A stretch of DNA of 64,000 nt from Chitinophaga pinensis (GTDB taxonomy: Bacteria > Bacteroidota > Bacteroidia > NS11-12g > UBA9320). This document shows positions 37,798 to 49,000 of the stretch, in pieces (the first letter of the stretch is position 1; every line of letters starts with the position of its first letter). Position numbers and translations under genes: made by a program. The stretch spans positions 9,111-73,110 of the forward strand of contig CAMDSC010000006.1 of NCBI GenBank assembly GCA_945907065.1, in the 5' to 3' direction. The notes under the pieces were generated by a model. That model did no database searches. It saw only the letters and a list, made by a program, of their open reading frames with translations, and had not been told where the DNA came from.

Positions 37798-40116
37798 CTA
37801 CTTCTTCTTTCCTCTAAATGAAGACTTGGCTTTAGGATTGGCTTTGGTTTCGGCTATTATTTTTTCACACATTTCCAAAGTCAATGATTTTGGGTCAGTG
37901 CCTTTCGGGATTTTATAGTTTTCTTTATTTTGGGTAAAATAAGGCCCAAACCGGCCGTTTAAAACAATGATATCGTTGGGCAATTCCATAATGTATTTTT
38001 CAGCTTCCGCTTTGCGCTTATCTAAAATTATTGTTGCACATCGGTCTGAATCCACTTCATAAGGATCATCTTCTTTTCCTAAGGAATAAAACTTACTGTT
38101 GTGTTGCACATAGGGACCAAATCTGCCTACACCAACCTTCATTGGTTTTCCTTCAAACTCATCTAAAGTACGGGGCAATGCAAATAACTCCAAGGCTTCA
38201 TCCAGGGTTATGCTATCAATGCTTTGTCCTTTTTTTAGCTTCGCAAAAACCGGTTTTATTTCGTTGGCACCATCGCCTTTTTGAATCATCGGACCGTAGC
38301 GACCAATTTTAGAAAATACCGGCATCTGAGTTTTTGGGTCGATTCCCAATTCACGTTCACCGGTTACTTTTTCCGAAATTTTTAAGGTTTTATCTACAGA
38401 TTCGTGAAACGGGTGATAAAAACCATCCAACATTTTAGTCCAGCTTTGATTTCCTGATGCTATTTCATCAAATTCTTTTTCAACGGAGGCTGTAAAATTG
38501 TAATCCATGATGTGATCAAAATTTTTCATCAAAAAATCTGTAACTACTCCTCCAATATCAGTGGGGAATAGTTTGTTTTTTTCGGCTCCTGTTATTTCTG
38601 ATTTTGTTTGAGCAGTGATTTTACCATTTACCAATTGCAACACATCAAAATTTCGTTTTTCACCCTCTCTGGTTTCCTTTTCAACATACCCACGTTTTTG
38701 AATAGTGCTTATGGTTGGGGCATAAGTAGAAGGACGGCCAATGCCTAATTCTTCCAAATCTTTCACCAAACTGGCTTCTGTATATCGCGGGGCAGCACGG
38801 GTAAAACGTTGAGTAGCGGTTATCCCTAAATTATTAAGTTTGTCACCATTTTTCATGGCAGGCATTAATCCGCCTTGCTCATCTTCATCGTCTTTACTTT
38901 CGTCTTTTCCCTCTAAATAAACCTTTAAAAAACCTTCAAAAGTGATAACTTCTCCAGAGGCTATTAGCACCTCTTTATTTTTGGTGATATCAATTCTTAC
39001 CTCAGTTCTTTCAATTTTAGCCTCACTCATTTGCGAAGCAATGGCTCGTTTCCAAATCAAATCATACAAACGCTTTTGCTGGTCATCATCGCCCGAGGTA
39101 TGATTTTCAAAATAAGTGGGCCGTATGGCTTCGTGAGCTTCCTGTGCTCCGGCACTTTTGGTTGTATATTTTCGAGGATTGCTGAATTCTTTTCCGTACG
39201 CTGAGGTTATTTCTTCTTTGGCTGCTGCAATGGCTAATTCTGATAAGTTAACCGAATCGGTTCTCATATAAGTTATATAACCGGCTTCATAAAGTCGTTG
39301 TGCCAAAGTCATGGTTTGTGATACTGAATATCCAAGTTTTCTGCTGGCTTCTTGTTGTAAGGTAGAAGTGGTGAAAGGAGCCGCAGGTTTGCGGGTTCCC
39401 GGTTTTACATCTACTGAGTTAACAATAAAATCAGACCCAATACAACTTTCTAAAAATTTTAAAGCTTGGTCTTTGGTATCAAAACGTTTTGGTAGTTCGG
39501 CATTGAATTTCTTATTACTAAATTCAAATTCGGCAACAATCCTAAAAGCGGATTTAACCTGAAATCCTTTAATTTCCCGTTCACGTTCCACTACCAATCT
39601 CACGGCAACACTTTGAACTCTACCTGCTGATAAAGAAGGTTTTACTTTTTTCCAAAGTACTGGCGATAATTCAAAACCTACCAAACGATCCAACAAACGT
39701 CGTGCTTGCTGTGCATCCACAAGATTTTTATCAATATCTCTTGGATTTTCAATTGCTTTTAAAATTGCAGGTTTTGTTATTTCGTGGAAAACAATTCGCT
39801 TGGATGTTTGGTTATTTAACCCTAATACTTCTGATAAGTGCCAGGAAATAGCTTCTCCCTCGCGGTCCTCATCCGATGCCAACCAAACCATATCGGCACC
39901 TTTTGCAAGTTTTTTTAGTTCATTAACTACAGCAGATTTATCTTCGGGTACAATATACTTTGGGGTAAATTTGTTATTGATATCAATGGCATCATCGCCC
40001 TTATCAAGGTCGCGAATATGGCCAAAACAGGATTTTACCTGAAAATCTTTTCCAAGAAATTTTTCAATTGTTTTAGCTTTGGCAGGTGACTCTACGATTA
40101 CTAGGTTTTTTGACAT
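37798..40116 (-). CDS. topA: DNA topoisomerase I
   Basis: Toprim N-terminus MSKNLVIVESPAKAKTIEKFLG…, an active-site Tyr region, ~770 aa and a basic C-terminal tail. Confidence 0.9.
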   Translation of the reverse strand: MSKNLVIVESPAKAKTIEKFLGKDFQVKSCFGHIRDLDKGDDAIDINNKFTPKYIVPEDKSAVVNELKKLAKGADMVWLASDEDREGEAISWHLSEVLGLNNQTSKRIVFHEITKPAILKAIENPRDIDKNLVDAQQARRLLDRLVGFELSPVLWKKVKPSLSAGRVQSVAVRLVVEREREIKGFQVKSAFRIVAEFEFSNKKFNAELPKRFDTKDQALKFLESCIGSDFIVNSVDVKPGTRKPAAPFTTSTLQQEASRKLGYSVSQTMTLAQRLYEAGYITYMRTDSVNLSELAIAAAKEEITSAYGKEFSNPRKYTTKSAGAQEAHEAIRPTYFENHTSGDDDQQKRLYDLIWKRAIASQMSEAKIERTEVRIDITKNKEVLIASGEVITFEGFLKVYLEGKDESKDDEDEQGGLMPAMKNGDKLNNLGITATQRFTRAAPRYTEASLVKDLEELGIGRPSTYAPTISTIQKRGYVEKETREGEKRNFDVLQLVNGKITAQTKSEITGAEKNKLFPTDIGGVVTDFLMKNFDHIMDYNFTASVEKEFDEIASGNQSWTKMLDGFYHPFHESVDKTLKISEKVTGERELGIDPKTQMPVFSKIGRYGPMIQKGDGANEIKPVFAKLKKGQSIDSITLDEALELFALPRTLDEFEGKPMKVGVGRFGPYVQHNSKFYSLGKEDDPYEVDSDRCATIILDKRKAEAEKYIMELPNDIIVLNGRFGPYFTQNKENYKIPKGTDPKSLTLEMCEKIIAETKANPKAKSSFRGKKK

Positions 40117-40124
40117 CTATTTTT

Positions 40125-42257
40125 TTAATGTATTACTGTAAATTTTTTAACGATTGTTTGTCCTCCCAAATTAATTTGAGCAAAATAAATACCTGAAGGA
40201 ATATGCTTTAAGGTGCAGGTAATAGTTGTATTATTTTTTTTAATCAAAGTTTCAATATTTTCGATTATCTGACCTGTAGAATTTATTATTTTTATTCCTC
40301 CGAACGATTTTCCATAGGTTTCAAAATCAATGTTTACAATGTCTTTTGAAGGATTAGGATAGATATTTATGGAAGAACCATTTGCATTAAGCAATTTAGC
40401 AGAAGCAGCCAAATCAGCTTCAATATTTACATTGTCTAAATATATACTATTTCCACTGCGGCTTCTTGCTTCAAATTTTACCATCAGATTTGCAGAGCTT
40501 TCGTAGTTTGCCAAATCTAAAGTAAGTTCTTTCCAATCAGCCTGTGAGGTAGGAACCCATCCTAAATCTACAATTTTATCAACCCCTAATCCATTTGAAT
40601 TGATATAGGCTTTTAATACTTTCCATGTTTGTCCGCAAGTGGTACTTACTGAAACTGTTAATATTTCGGTGCTACCCACTACTGAAGGCCGGTAGGCTAC
40701 TCTAAATCTTAATTTTGGCGCTCGGCCTTTAATAATAGAAATATTATATGGAGAGGAAACAAGACTGAATAATGCATTGTCAGTAGTTCCTTGATCAATT
40801 TTGGCTACCATTGCTGCACTGCCTTCATACTTGGCTGAAGTAGTTCTTTCCCAACCATAACTACCTTTTTCTAATACACTCCAATTATTAACCAATATTT
40901 GGCTGTTTTCAAAGCCTTCACTCACTGGAGTTTTATTTGAAGAAATAGTTGGTATCACATTTATCATTTTGTCTACTATTTTGGTGTTTGTACCTTGGGA
41001 ATTAGTTACTTTTAGGGTAACTTTATAAAAACCAGAAGTAGCATAAGTAATAACTGGTGAAACAGATGGGGAAGTTGAAGGGGTTCCTCCGTCAAAGCTC
41101 CATTCATAGGTTGCTACTGTACCATTATAACTGTAATCCTTAAAACTGACAGTACCACCTTGGCAAACTGTAACGATATTATTTGAAGTATTAAAATCGG
41201 CTACTGCAGAACAGGAGGGGTTAGTAAAAATACCGGTTGCAGTATGAGTTGCTGTTGTGATATTTTTGGATCGGGTTCGAGGACTAGTAAGGTAATAGTC
41301 AACAACTGCTTTTTGCCCTTTAGTAAATGCATTTTGGCAACTTCCATTAGCATAATCCATAAAGTTTTCTACCATATCCAACTGATTTGGGGAATCATTA
41401 CTACATGTATTATTTGTCGTAGGGCATCCAAAACTTGGCGCATCAACAGGTGGTGTATCGCAAATATAATCACCCGAATTACTGCAATTGGTGCTGCCAC
41501 AACCTGATGATTGGCCTTGCTCGTAGCCTTGAAAAGGATGCAATAAACCCAACCAATGACCAGCTTCATGCACTAATACACGACCCTTATTGCCATTACC
41601 TGCGGCTGTTCCTATACTTCCAACATAATCCGCACAAATTACAATGCCGTCAATGGTAGAATTGGTTGAGGAAGGAAGATATGAATAACCTAATGTTTTT
41701 CCGAGGCCACCACTTCCGGTTATCGTTTTTATAACCCAAATATTCAGGTATTTAGTATAATCCCAACGAATTAGAGATTTTACGTCTTCATCTCCACCAT
41801 CGGTAAGGTTTGAAACTGTTCGGGTTATTCCTTCTGTGCATTTTCCATTTGGATCTATTCTGGCCAATTTAAATTCAATATCCATATCCCCTAATATGCT
41901 TTTGAAAATGCTTCTTGTGGCAGTTGTATCTTTATTTAATCGTTGATAATCTTCATTGATAATCTTCATTTGGTCTTCTATCTGAGCCTTTGAAATATTT
42001 TCAACCCCGTATGTGTGTATTACATGAAAAACTACAGGAATAGTTCTCGTAGTTCCTTTCTTGTAAATTTTTTGAGTGTTATTATTTAACTGTGAAATTT
42101 CATTAAATGATTCAGTAAGTGATTTTAAAAGCTCTGGGTTGGTTTTTAATAATTCAGCCATCCTTTCATCCGTTCCGCAACGACCGTTTTGTGCTTTTGA
42201 TAAAAAGGCACTTTGTATTAATAATAAAAATAATAGTGAAGATATTAAAACTTTCAT
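40125..42257 (-). CDS. Secreted M43-family (cytophagalysin/pappalysin-like metzincin) zinc metalloprotease with PKD-like domains and a type IX secretion C-terminal domain
   Basis: A signal peptide, HEAGHWLGLLHPF (HExxHxxGxxH) and a PKD-like region (…YEWSFDGGTPSTS…). The C-terminus …IYPNPSKDIVNIDFE…GIYFAQINLGGQTIVKKFTVIH is the sorting tail. Confidence 0.65.
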   Translation of the reverse strand: MKVLISSLLFLLLIQSAFLSKAQNGRCGTDERMAELLKTNPELLKSLTESFNEISQLNNNTQKIYKKGTTRTIPVVFHVIHTYGVENISKAQIEDQMKIINEDYQRLNKDTTATRSIFKSILGDMDIEFKLARIDPNGKCTEGITRTVSNLTDGGDEDVKSLIRWDYTKYLNIWVIKTITGSGGLGKTLGYSYLPSSTNSTIDGIVICADYVGSIGTAAGNGNKGRVLVHEAGHWLGLLHPFQGYEQGQSSGCGSTNCSNSGDYICDTPPVDAPSFGCPTTNNTCSNDSPNQLDMVENFMDYANGSCQNAFTKGQKAVVDYYLTSPRTRSKNITTATHTATGIFTNPSCSAVADFNTSNNIVTVCQGGTVSFKDYSYNGTVATYEWSFDGGTPSTSPSVSPVITYATSGFYKVTLKVTNSQGTNTKIVDKMINVIPTISSNKTPVSEGFENSQILVNNWSVLEKGSYGWERTTSAKYEGSAAMVAKIDQGTTDNALFSLVSSPYNISIIKGRAPKLRFRVAYRPSVVGSTEILTVSVSTTCGQTWKVLKAYINSNGLGVDKIVDLGWVPTSQADWKELTLDLANYESSANLMVKFEARSRSGNSIYLDNVNIEADLAASAKLLNANGSSINIYPNPSKDIVNIDFETYGKSFGGIKIINSTGQIIENIETLIKKNNTTITCTLKHIPSGIYFAQINLGGQTIVKKFTVIH

Positions 42258-42371
42258 AATAGTAATTGTATGATTTTCAATTTATGGTTAAACAAAAAGT
42301 GTGCAATAATAGTTCTTTTAAAAATTGTTAAAAACCAATGATTGAATTTTTACCTTAATGAGAGGTAGCAT

Positions 42372-44024
42372 TTATTTATTCAATAATTGTTTTGCACTTT
42401 CTAAAATTGAGTTTCCGAAGGCTTTTCCACCAATCATTTCGGCTATTTCATTGATACGTTCATTTTCTGTTAATTCACGAATGTCCGAAGTTGTTTTATT
42501 GTCAATTATATTTTTATAAACAAAATAATGACAGTTTCCTTTGGCAGCTATTTGAGGTAAATGAGTAATAACTATCAGCTGCATATTGTCAGACATTTTT
42601 TTTAACATTTCACCCATTTTAAGTGCAACATCACCGGAAACACCTGAATCTATTTCGTCAAAAATAATGGTAGGCATAATATTTTTTTTGGCAAGTATAG
42701 CTTTTAACACAAGCATTACTCTTGAAATTTCGCCACCAGAGGCAATATTTTGAATAGGATTAAATGATTTTTCGCGAGCTGGTGAATATAAAAAATTAGT
42801 ATCATTTATTCCATAAATCCAGAGTTCTTTGTCATTGCGCAATGATACTTCTACTTTTATTCTTCCCCCAGGCATACCTAATTGAACAATCATTTCATTA
42901 ATCTGCTTTTCAAGTAAAAGGCTTTGTTCCTTTCGAAGTTTTGAATTAGTGTTGGCTAATTTAAAACATTCTTTTTCTAAAGTTTGTCTTTCGATTTCAA
43001 TAGTTTGTATTTCACTGTCTATATGAGCAAATTTTGAGAGTTCTTGTTCTAGTGTTTTTTGTTTTAAGATTAAATCTTCATCACGGTGTTTTTTAGCTAG
43101 GTTATGCAATAATGAAAGTCTTTGGTTTATTATATCAAGCCTTTCGGGGTCTAAATTGGTGGCTTGCGCCAATTGGTCTATTTCTATTGCCAAATCTTTA
43201 AACGAATAATTTATTTCACTAAATCGAGTTGATATTTCATCAAAACGTTTATCATTTTTGGCTACTTGATTTAGTTGATTTTTTATCAGAGCTAATTGGT
43301 CAATAATAGCGGTTTCCGATTCTGTTAATTGATTATGGATGGTTGCTAAAATCTGTAAATTTTGATCAACATTGCTTAATGCTAATAGTTCTTCTTCTAA
43401 TAATATGGTTTCACCTTCGATAAGATTTGCGGCCAAAAGTTCCTCATATAAAAACTGTTTATAATCCTTTTCATCGGTTCCATGTTTCTCGGCCAATTTT
43501 AATTCTGTAAGTTTTTTGTCAAGTGCTTTTAAAGCTTCAAAATTTTTAATATAAGTTTTTTGATGGCTTTCAATTCCGGTAAAACTATCCAATACCTTAA
43601 ATTGAAATGATTTTTGAAATAAATCAAGATTGTCATGTTGGGAGTGAATGTCAATTAAAAATTTACCAAGTTCCTTTAATTGGGCCAATTGAGCTGGGGT
43701 ATCATTTATAAAAGCCCTAGATTTACCGTTTATTAATATTTCACGCCGTATTATTAATTCTTCACAAAAATCCAATTCATTGTGTTCAAACCAATTTTTT
43801 AATGAATAAGCTTTAATGTCAAAATAGCCCTCGATAATGCATTTTTCTTCATTTTCTTTAACAGCAATAGAATCAGTTCTTTCACCCAATATTAATCCCA
43901 TGGCGCCAAGTAATATTGACTTTCCCGCTCCTGTTTCACCAGTTATAACATTAAAAGACTGACCTGGTTTAAAAACCAAATCTTTGATAAGAGCATAATT
44001 CTTAACTCTCAGTTGGGTGAGCAT
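42372..44024 (-). CDS. recN: DNA repair protein RecN
   Basis: N-terminal Walker A (ITGETGAGKSIL), a long coiled-coil middle region and a C-terminal ABC signature/Walker B (…ASGGEISRVMLVLK…IIFDEIDSGVSG). Confidence 0.9.
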   Translation of the reverse strand: MLTQLRVKNYALIKDLVFKPGQSFNVITGETGAGKSILLGAMGLILGERTDSIAVKENEEKCIIEGYFDIKAYSLKNWFEHNELDFCEELIIRREILINGKSRAFINDTPAQLAQLKELGKFLIDIHSQHDNLDLFQKSFQFKVLDSFTGIESHQKTYIKNFEALKALDKKLTELKLAEKHGTDEKDYKQFLYEELLAANLIEGETILLEEELLALSNVDQNLQILATIHNQLTESETAIIDQLALIKNQLNQVAKNDKRFDEISTRFSEINYSFKDLAIEIDQLAQATNLDPERLDIINQRLSLLHNLAKKHRDEDLILKQKTLEQELSKFAHIDSEIQTIEIERQTLEKECFKLANTNSKLRKEQSLLLEKQINEMIVQLGMPGGRIKVEVSLRNDKELWIYGINDTNFLYSPAREKSFNPIQNIASGGEISRVMLVLKAILAKKNIMPTIIFDEIDSGVSGDVALKMGEMLKKMSDNMQLIVITHLPQIAAKGNCHYFVYKNIIDNKTTSDIRELTENERINEIAEMIGGKAFGNSILESAKQLLNK

Positions 44025-44109
44025 AGCGGCAAAAGTAAGGCAATTTAAAGATTTGGGGATTTAGACTTTAATATTCAGAAAAGATTTTTTCTAATAAAAT
44101 GAACTTATT

Positions 44110-44634
44110 TTATTCAGCTAAAGTGTCTTTTACAAAATCCTTTGGTTTATCATATTTCGTCCAGTCTATTTTGCCCATAAACTTTTTTTCAAGAGCGCTC
44201 CATTTTGCTGGTTCTTTCCAATGTCCTCTGGCATAGGCATAACGTGCCTTTTGCCAACTTCCAAATGTTTTGTGAAGTGATTTTAAATAATAAATACCAA
44301 CAATTAAATAATTTTCACGAGTTTTCCCTCCAGTTAGTTTTAGTTTTTTATACCAATGAAAAAATGTATTGTCAACAATTTGAAGATCCCCATGAGCTGT
44401 TCCTCCATTAAAATCTCTTATGAATCGCCAACCAGTTTCATTGTTTCCAATATCACGAATAAGCCCAGGAGGGACACCGGTTGCTATGCAAACGCTATCA
44501 CTAAATGAAAGAATTTGAGCTTTTGATTTTGGTTTTGATTGAGCAATGGATACCTCAGAAACTACTATCAGTAGAGTCAATGCCGTAAAAAATAATTTAA
44601 GTTTATGCATTAATTGTTTCATTTGCATATTCAA
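44110..44634 (-). CDS. Small secreted protein, possibly lytic-transglycosylase-like
   Basis: Signal peptide. The …NETGW…GDLQIV… pattern weakly resembles the SLT E(S/T)…GLMQI pattern. Confidence 0.3.
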   Translation of the reverse strand: MNMQMKQLMHKLKLFFTALTLLIVVSEVSIAQSKPKSKAQILSFSDSVCIATGVPPGLIRDIGNNETGWRFIRDFNGGTAHGDLQIVDNTFFHWYKKLKLTGGKTRENYLIVGIYYLKSLHKTFGSWQKARYAYARGHWKEPAKWSALEKKFMGKIDWTKYDKPKDFVKDTLAE

Positions 44635-45075
44635 ATTTAGAATTACATAACTTTAATAAAAACATAAGTTCTTAACACGCTTTGCAATAATCATGTTTTG
44701 TGTCAATTATATTTGTCTAGTCTAGTATGTTTAACATTTATTGATTCATCATAATTATGTTGAGTATAAAAAAGCTTGAAGTTTTATTGATTTACTTTTA
44801 AAAATATTTTTTTAATAAAAAATGACTAAAATCATTGCTAGCCAATTACTATATGCTAATAATTAACTATTTATCAAAATTTTGGACAACAATATCAATC
44901 GTGTAGACAAACTGCAGTAAAATTGTCTTTCTATTTTTTTGATGTGTACAAAAATATTTTATAGTTAATAATAACTTTTAAAGTATTGTAAAATAAATAC
45001 TTACGTATTATTTAGATGAATTCTAAATTGACGATATTGTGTAAAAATTAAACTAGCCTCATAAGTTTACTCCCT

Positions 45076-45083
45076 TATATTTG
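45076..45083 (+). promoter_or_regulatory. Candidate -7 promoter box (TATATTTG, TAnnTTTG consensus) for the alternative complex III operon
   Basis: It sits at the 3' end of a ~450-nt AT-rich leader region and overlaps the TTG that the ORF track used as a start. The first ATG (45111) lies ~28 nt downstream. Confidence 0.3.
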
Positions 45084-45110
45084 CAGCCGAAAAATCAGGT
45101 TTCCCCCTAT

Positions 45111-46070
45111 ATGTTTAAATATCTAAATAGTAGTAGAAATGCAGCAGCATTAATGTCGGTGTTATCCGCATCTACTGCCCTAATGGCACAGCAAACCGCT
45201 GCAGCTCCCGGAGAAAAACCGAGTCTGTTTTATACCGACACTACATTCGTAATCGTATTATTACTTTGTTTATTATTCTTCGTAATCGCCTATTTTCTTT
45301 ATAGGGTAAAAAGTCATTTGGATAAAATGATTGATGAGAATGTGGAAGGTGGTAGAGAATTGTCACGATATGATAAAGTTGTTAAACCATGGTTAAAAAC
45401 ACTTAATCCAACTGTTACTGCACTGCTTTTAGGAACTATTTTTGGATTGTTTGCTTTTGTAAAAGCATACAAATTTGGTGTGACAGAAGTAGGTGTACAA
45501 AAAGGATATTCGCCAACTCAACCAATTAAATTTTCACATACAATGCATGCCGGAAAGTTACAAGTGGATTGTAAATATTGCCATTCAACGGCTGACAAAA
45601 GTAAGCAGGCAAGTATTCCTTCTGCTAATACTTGTATGAATTGTCATAAGTATATTACACTTCGGGATAGGTATAATGGTCAGGTATCCCCTGAAATAAG
45701 TAAAATATATAAAGCTATAGGATGGGATGCGGAAACAAATTCATACATTCCTAATTATAAACAAAAACCGATTGAATGGGTAAGAATTCATAATTTGCCT
45801 GACTTAGCTTACTTTAATCACTCACAACACGTAGTTGTTGGAAAAGTGGAGTGCCAAACTTGTCACGGACCTATTCAGGAAATGGATCAGGTTTATCAGT
45901 TTTCAAGTCTTCAGATGAACTGGTGTATAAACTGTCACAAAGAAAGAAGTGTAGATGTAGCCAATAATAAATATTATGAAGATCTTCATAAGCGCTTGAA
46001 AATTCAAGGCAAAACTGTTTATACGGTAGCTGATAATGGAGGTTTGGAATGTGGTAAATGTCATTATTAA
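45111..46070 (+). CDS. actA: Alternative complex III subunit ActA (pentahaem cytochrome c)
   Basis: Five CxxCH motifs (CKYCH, CMNCH, CQTCH, CINCH, CGKCH), an N-terminal transmembrane helix, and a position as the first gene of an actABCDEF cluster. The track ORF starts at TTG 45081. Confidence 0.75.
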   Translation: MFKYLNSSRNAAALMSVLSASTALMAQQTAAAPGEKPSLFYTDTTFVIVLLLCLLFFVIAYFLYRVKSHLDKMIDENVEGGRELSRYDKVVKPWLKTLNPTVTALLLGTIFGLFAFVKAYKFGVTEVGVQKGYSPTQPIKFSHTMHAGKLQVDCKYCHSTADKSKQASIPSANTCMNCHKYITLRDRYNGQVSPEISKIYKAIGWDAETNSYIPNYKQKPIEWVRIHNLPDLAYFNHSQHVVVGKVECQTCHGPIQEMDQVYQFSSLQMNWCINCHKERSVDVANNKYYEDLHKRLKIQGKTVYTVADNGGLECGKCHY

Positions 46071-46086
46071 TTTTAGATTATACTAA

Positions 46087-49000
46087 ATGGAACAAAACAA
46101 TCAATATTGGAAAGGAATAGAAGAGGCTGAAAAGCAACCAGAGTTTTTACAAACTAAGGGCAATGAGTTTCATGAAGCTCTGCCACTAGAGGAGGTCTTA
46201 AATGCAACCGACCTTGATTTATCTTCTAATCGCCGTGATTTCCTTAAATTTTTCGGGTTTAGTGTATCAGCAGTTGCTTTAGCTGCTTGCCAAAAAACCC
46301 CTGTTAAATATGCAATCCCTTATGTTGTAAAACCAGAAAATATTACTCCAGGCAATGCAAATTATTATGCATCTACCTGTGGAGGATGCAATAGCGGATG
46401 TGGAATATTAGTTAAGACAAGAGAAGGCCGACCTATAAAATTAGATGGGAATGAGTTATCACCTTTATCACAAGGAGCTACTTGCGCCACTGGTCAGGCA
46501 AGTATATTATCATTATATGATATTAATCGTTTGGCTAATCCTTTAAAAGATGGAAAAGAAGAAAAAGAATGGTCAAAATTAGATAGTGAAATTACTTCTA
46601 AATTAGCAAATATAGCATCTTCAAATGGAGGAATCAGAATTGTTATCAAAACTTCTAATAGCCCATCGTTTGATAAAGCTTTAGTAGCGTTTAAAACTAA
46701 ATATCCAACAACTGAAGTAGTTGTTTATGACCCGATTTCTTATTCAGGAATTTTATTGGCCAATGAGAAATCATTTGGCAAACGTGTAATACCGTCTTAT
46801 AATTTTGATAAAGCGGAAGTTATAGTTTCTTTTGGTGCCGACTTTTTAGGAACTTGGATTTCACCAGTAGAATTTACAAAACAATGGGTAACAAACCGTA
46901 ATCCAAAAGGTGGTAAATTATCCAAACATTTCCAGTTTGAATCAACCCTTTCATTAACAGGAACCAATGCAGATGTAAGAGTGCCAATGCGTGAATCCAA
47001 AGAAGGGATTTATCTTATTTCTTTATACAATGAAATAGCCAAACTTGCCGGTAATGCTCAATTAGCGGTTACTCAAAATGCTGAATTAGCTGGAAATGCT
47101 ATTAAGAATTCGGCCAAAGAACTATTTGCTGCTAAAGGAAAATCATTAGTGATTTCTAAATCAAATAATATAAATAACCAAACCATAGTTAACGGCATAA
47201 ATATTATGCTTGGGAATTATGGAACAACTATTGACCTTGATAATTATTCAAATCAATCAAAATTTGTAGAAGCTGATTTTGAGAAATTTATAAATGATTT
47301 ATCCTCTGGATCGATAAAAGGCGTAATATTTATTAATTCAAACCCAGTTTATTCCTACCATAATTCAACCAAATTAGTTGAAGGGCTTAAAAAAGCAACT
47401 TTGGTGGTTTCTACATCTGACCAAAACGATGAAACATCAGACTTAGCTGGATATGTTTGTCCTGATAATCATTTCCTTGAAAGTTGGGGAGATGCTGAAC
47501 CAAAAGCAGGTGTTTATTCATTTACACAACCAACTATAGCACCAGTATTTAATTCTCGTCAGGCTATTGAATCACTATTATTATGGTCAGGAACACCGGC
47601 TAACGAAGCTAATGCTTACAATTATATTAAAACAAATTGGGCTGCAGATGCAACCATTTGGAACAATGCTATTCATGATGGTATTTATTTAAAGCCAGCA
47701 TCAATTGCCTCTGTCCCTTCATTTGCGGCTAACCTAACTGAAGTTGCCTTTGCAGTTGTGGCAGATGCTCCAAAAAGTGATACTCCTGAGTTAATTATAT
47801 ATCAAAAAGTAGGAGTGAGGGATGGTTCGCAAGCTAATAATCCTTGGTTACATGAAGTGCCAGATCCTGTTTCAAAAGTTTGTTATGATAACTATGTGTC
47901 TGTTTCCAAAACAGAAGCGCAAAGCAAAGGTATAAAACAAGACGATCTTATAAATATTTCTGCAGGAGGATACACCCTTAAAAATATACCTGTTTTAATT
48001 CAGCCGGGACAGGCTTCAGGCACTTATGCTATAGCATTAGGATACGGTCGTACACAATCAGGAAAAGTAGGAAAAGATTTAGGTAAAAATGCCTACCCTT
48101 TTCTTAAATTAGCTAATGGTACCACATCTTATAGCAATGCAGGTGTTTCCATTGAAACCACTGGTGATACCTATAAATTAGCACAAACACAAACGCACCA
48201 TACTATTGAAGGACGTGATTATATTCGCGAAGCTTCTTTAGATGAATACAATAAAAATCCTTTTGTTAGAAACGAAAACAAGACGGATTTAGTTTCTTTA
48301 TGGGAGGAATACGATTATTCTACTGGTCATAAATGGGGCATGGCTATTGACTTAAATGCTTGCACGGGTTGTGGAGCTTGTGTTGTTAGTTGCCATATCG
48401 AAAATAACGTTCCTGTAGTAGGTCGTGATGAAATTCGTCTTCGTCGTGAAATGCATTGGATTCGTATAGACCGTTATTATAGCTTTTATTCTCCAGAAGC
48501 ATATTTAACCAAAGAGGATGATATAGAAAAAGAAAAGGCTGATATTTATGATAACATACGTGTCGTTCATGCCCCTGTAATGTGTCAGCATTGTGCTCAT
48601 GCTCCTTGCGAAACAGTTTGTCCTGTATTGGCCACTACACATAGTGCCGAAGGTTTAAATCAAATGACCTATAATAGATGTATTGGTACCAAGTATTGTG
48701 GAAACAACTGTCCTTATAAAGTTCGTCGTTTTAACTGGTTCCGTTATAATGATAATGATGCATTTGATAATCATTTTAACAATGACTTAGGTAAAATGGT
48801 TATAAATCCTGATGTTACAGTTCGTACTCGTGGGGTTATGGAAAAATGCAGTTTCTGTGTACAACGTATTCAAGCAGGAAAATTATCAGCAAAAAGAGAT
48901 GGTCGTAAAATGAAAGATGGAGATGTTAAAACAGCTTGTGCCGCCGCTTGTCCTTCAAACGCAATTGTATTTGGTGACATGAACGATCCAAACAGTGAAA

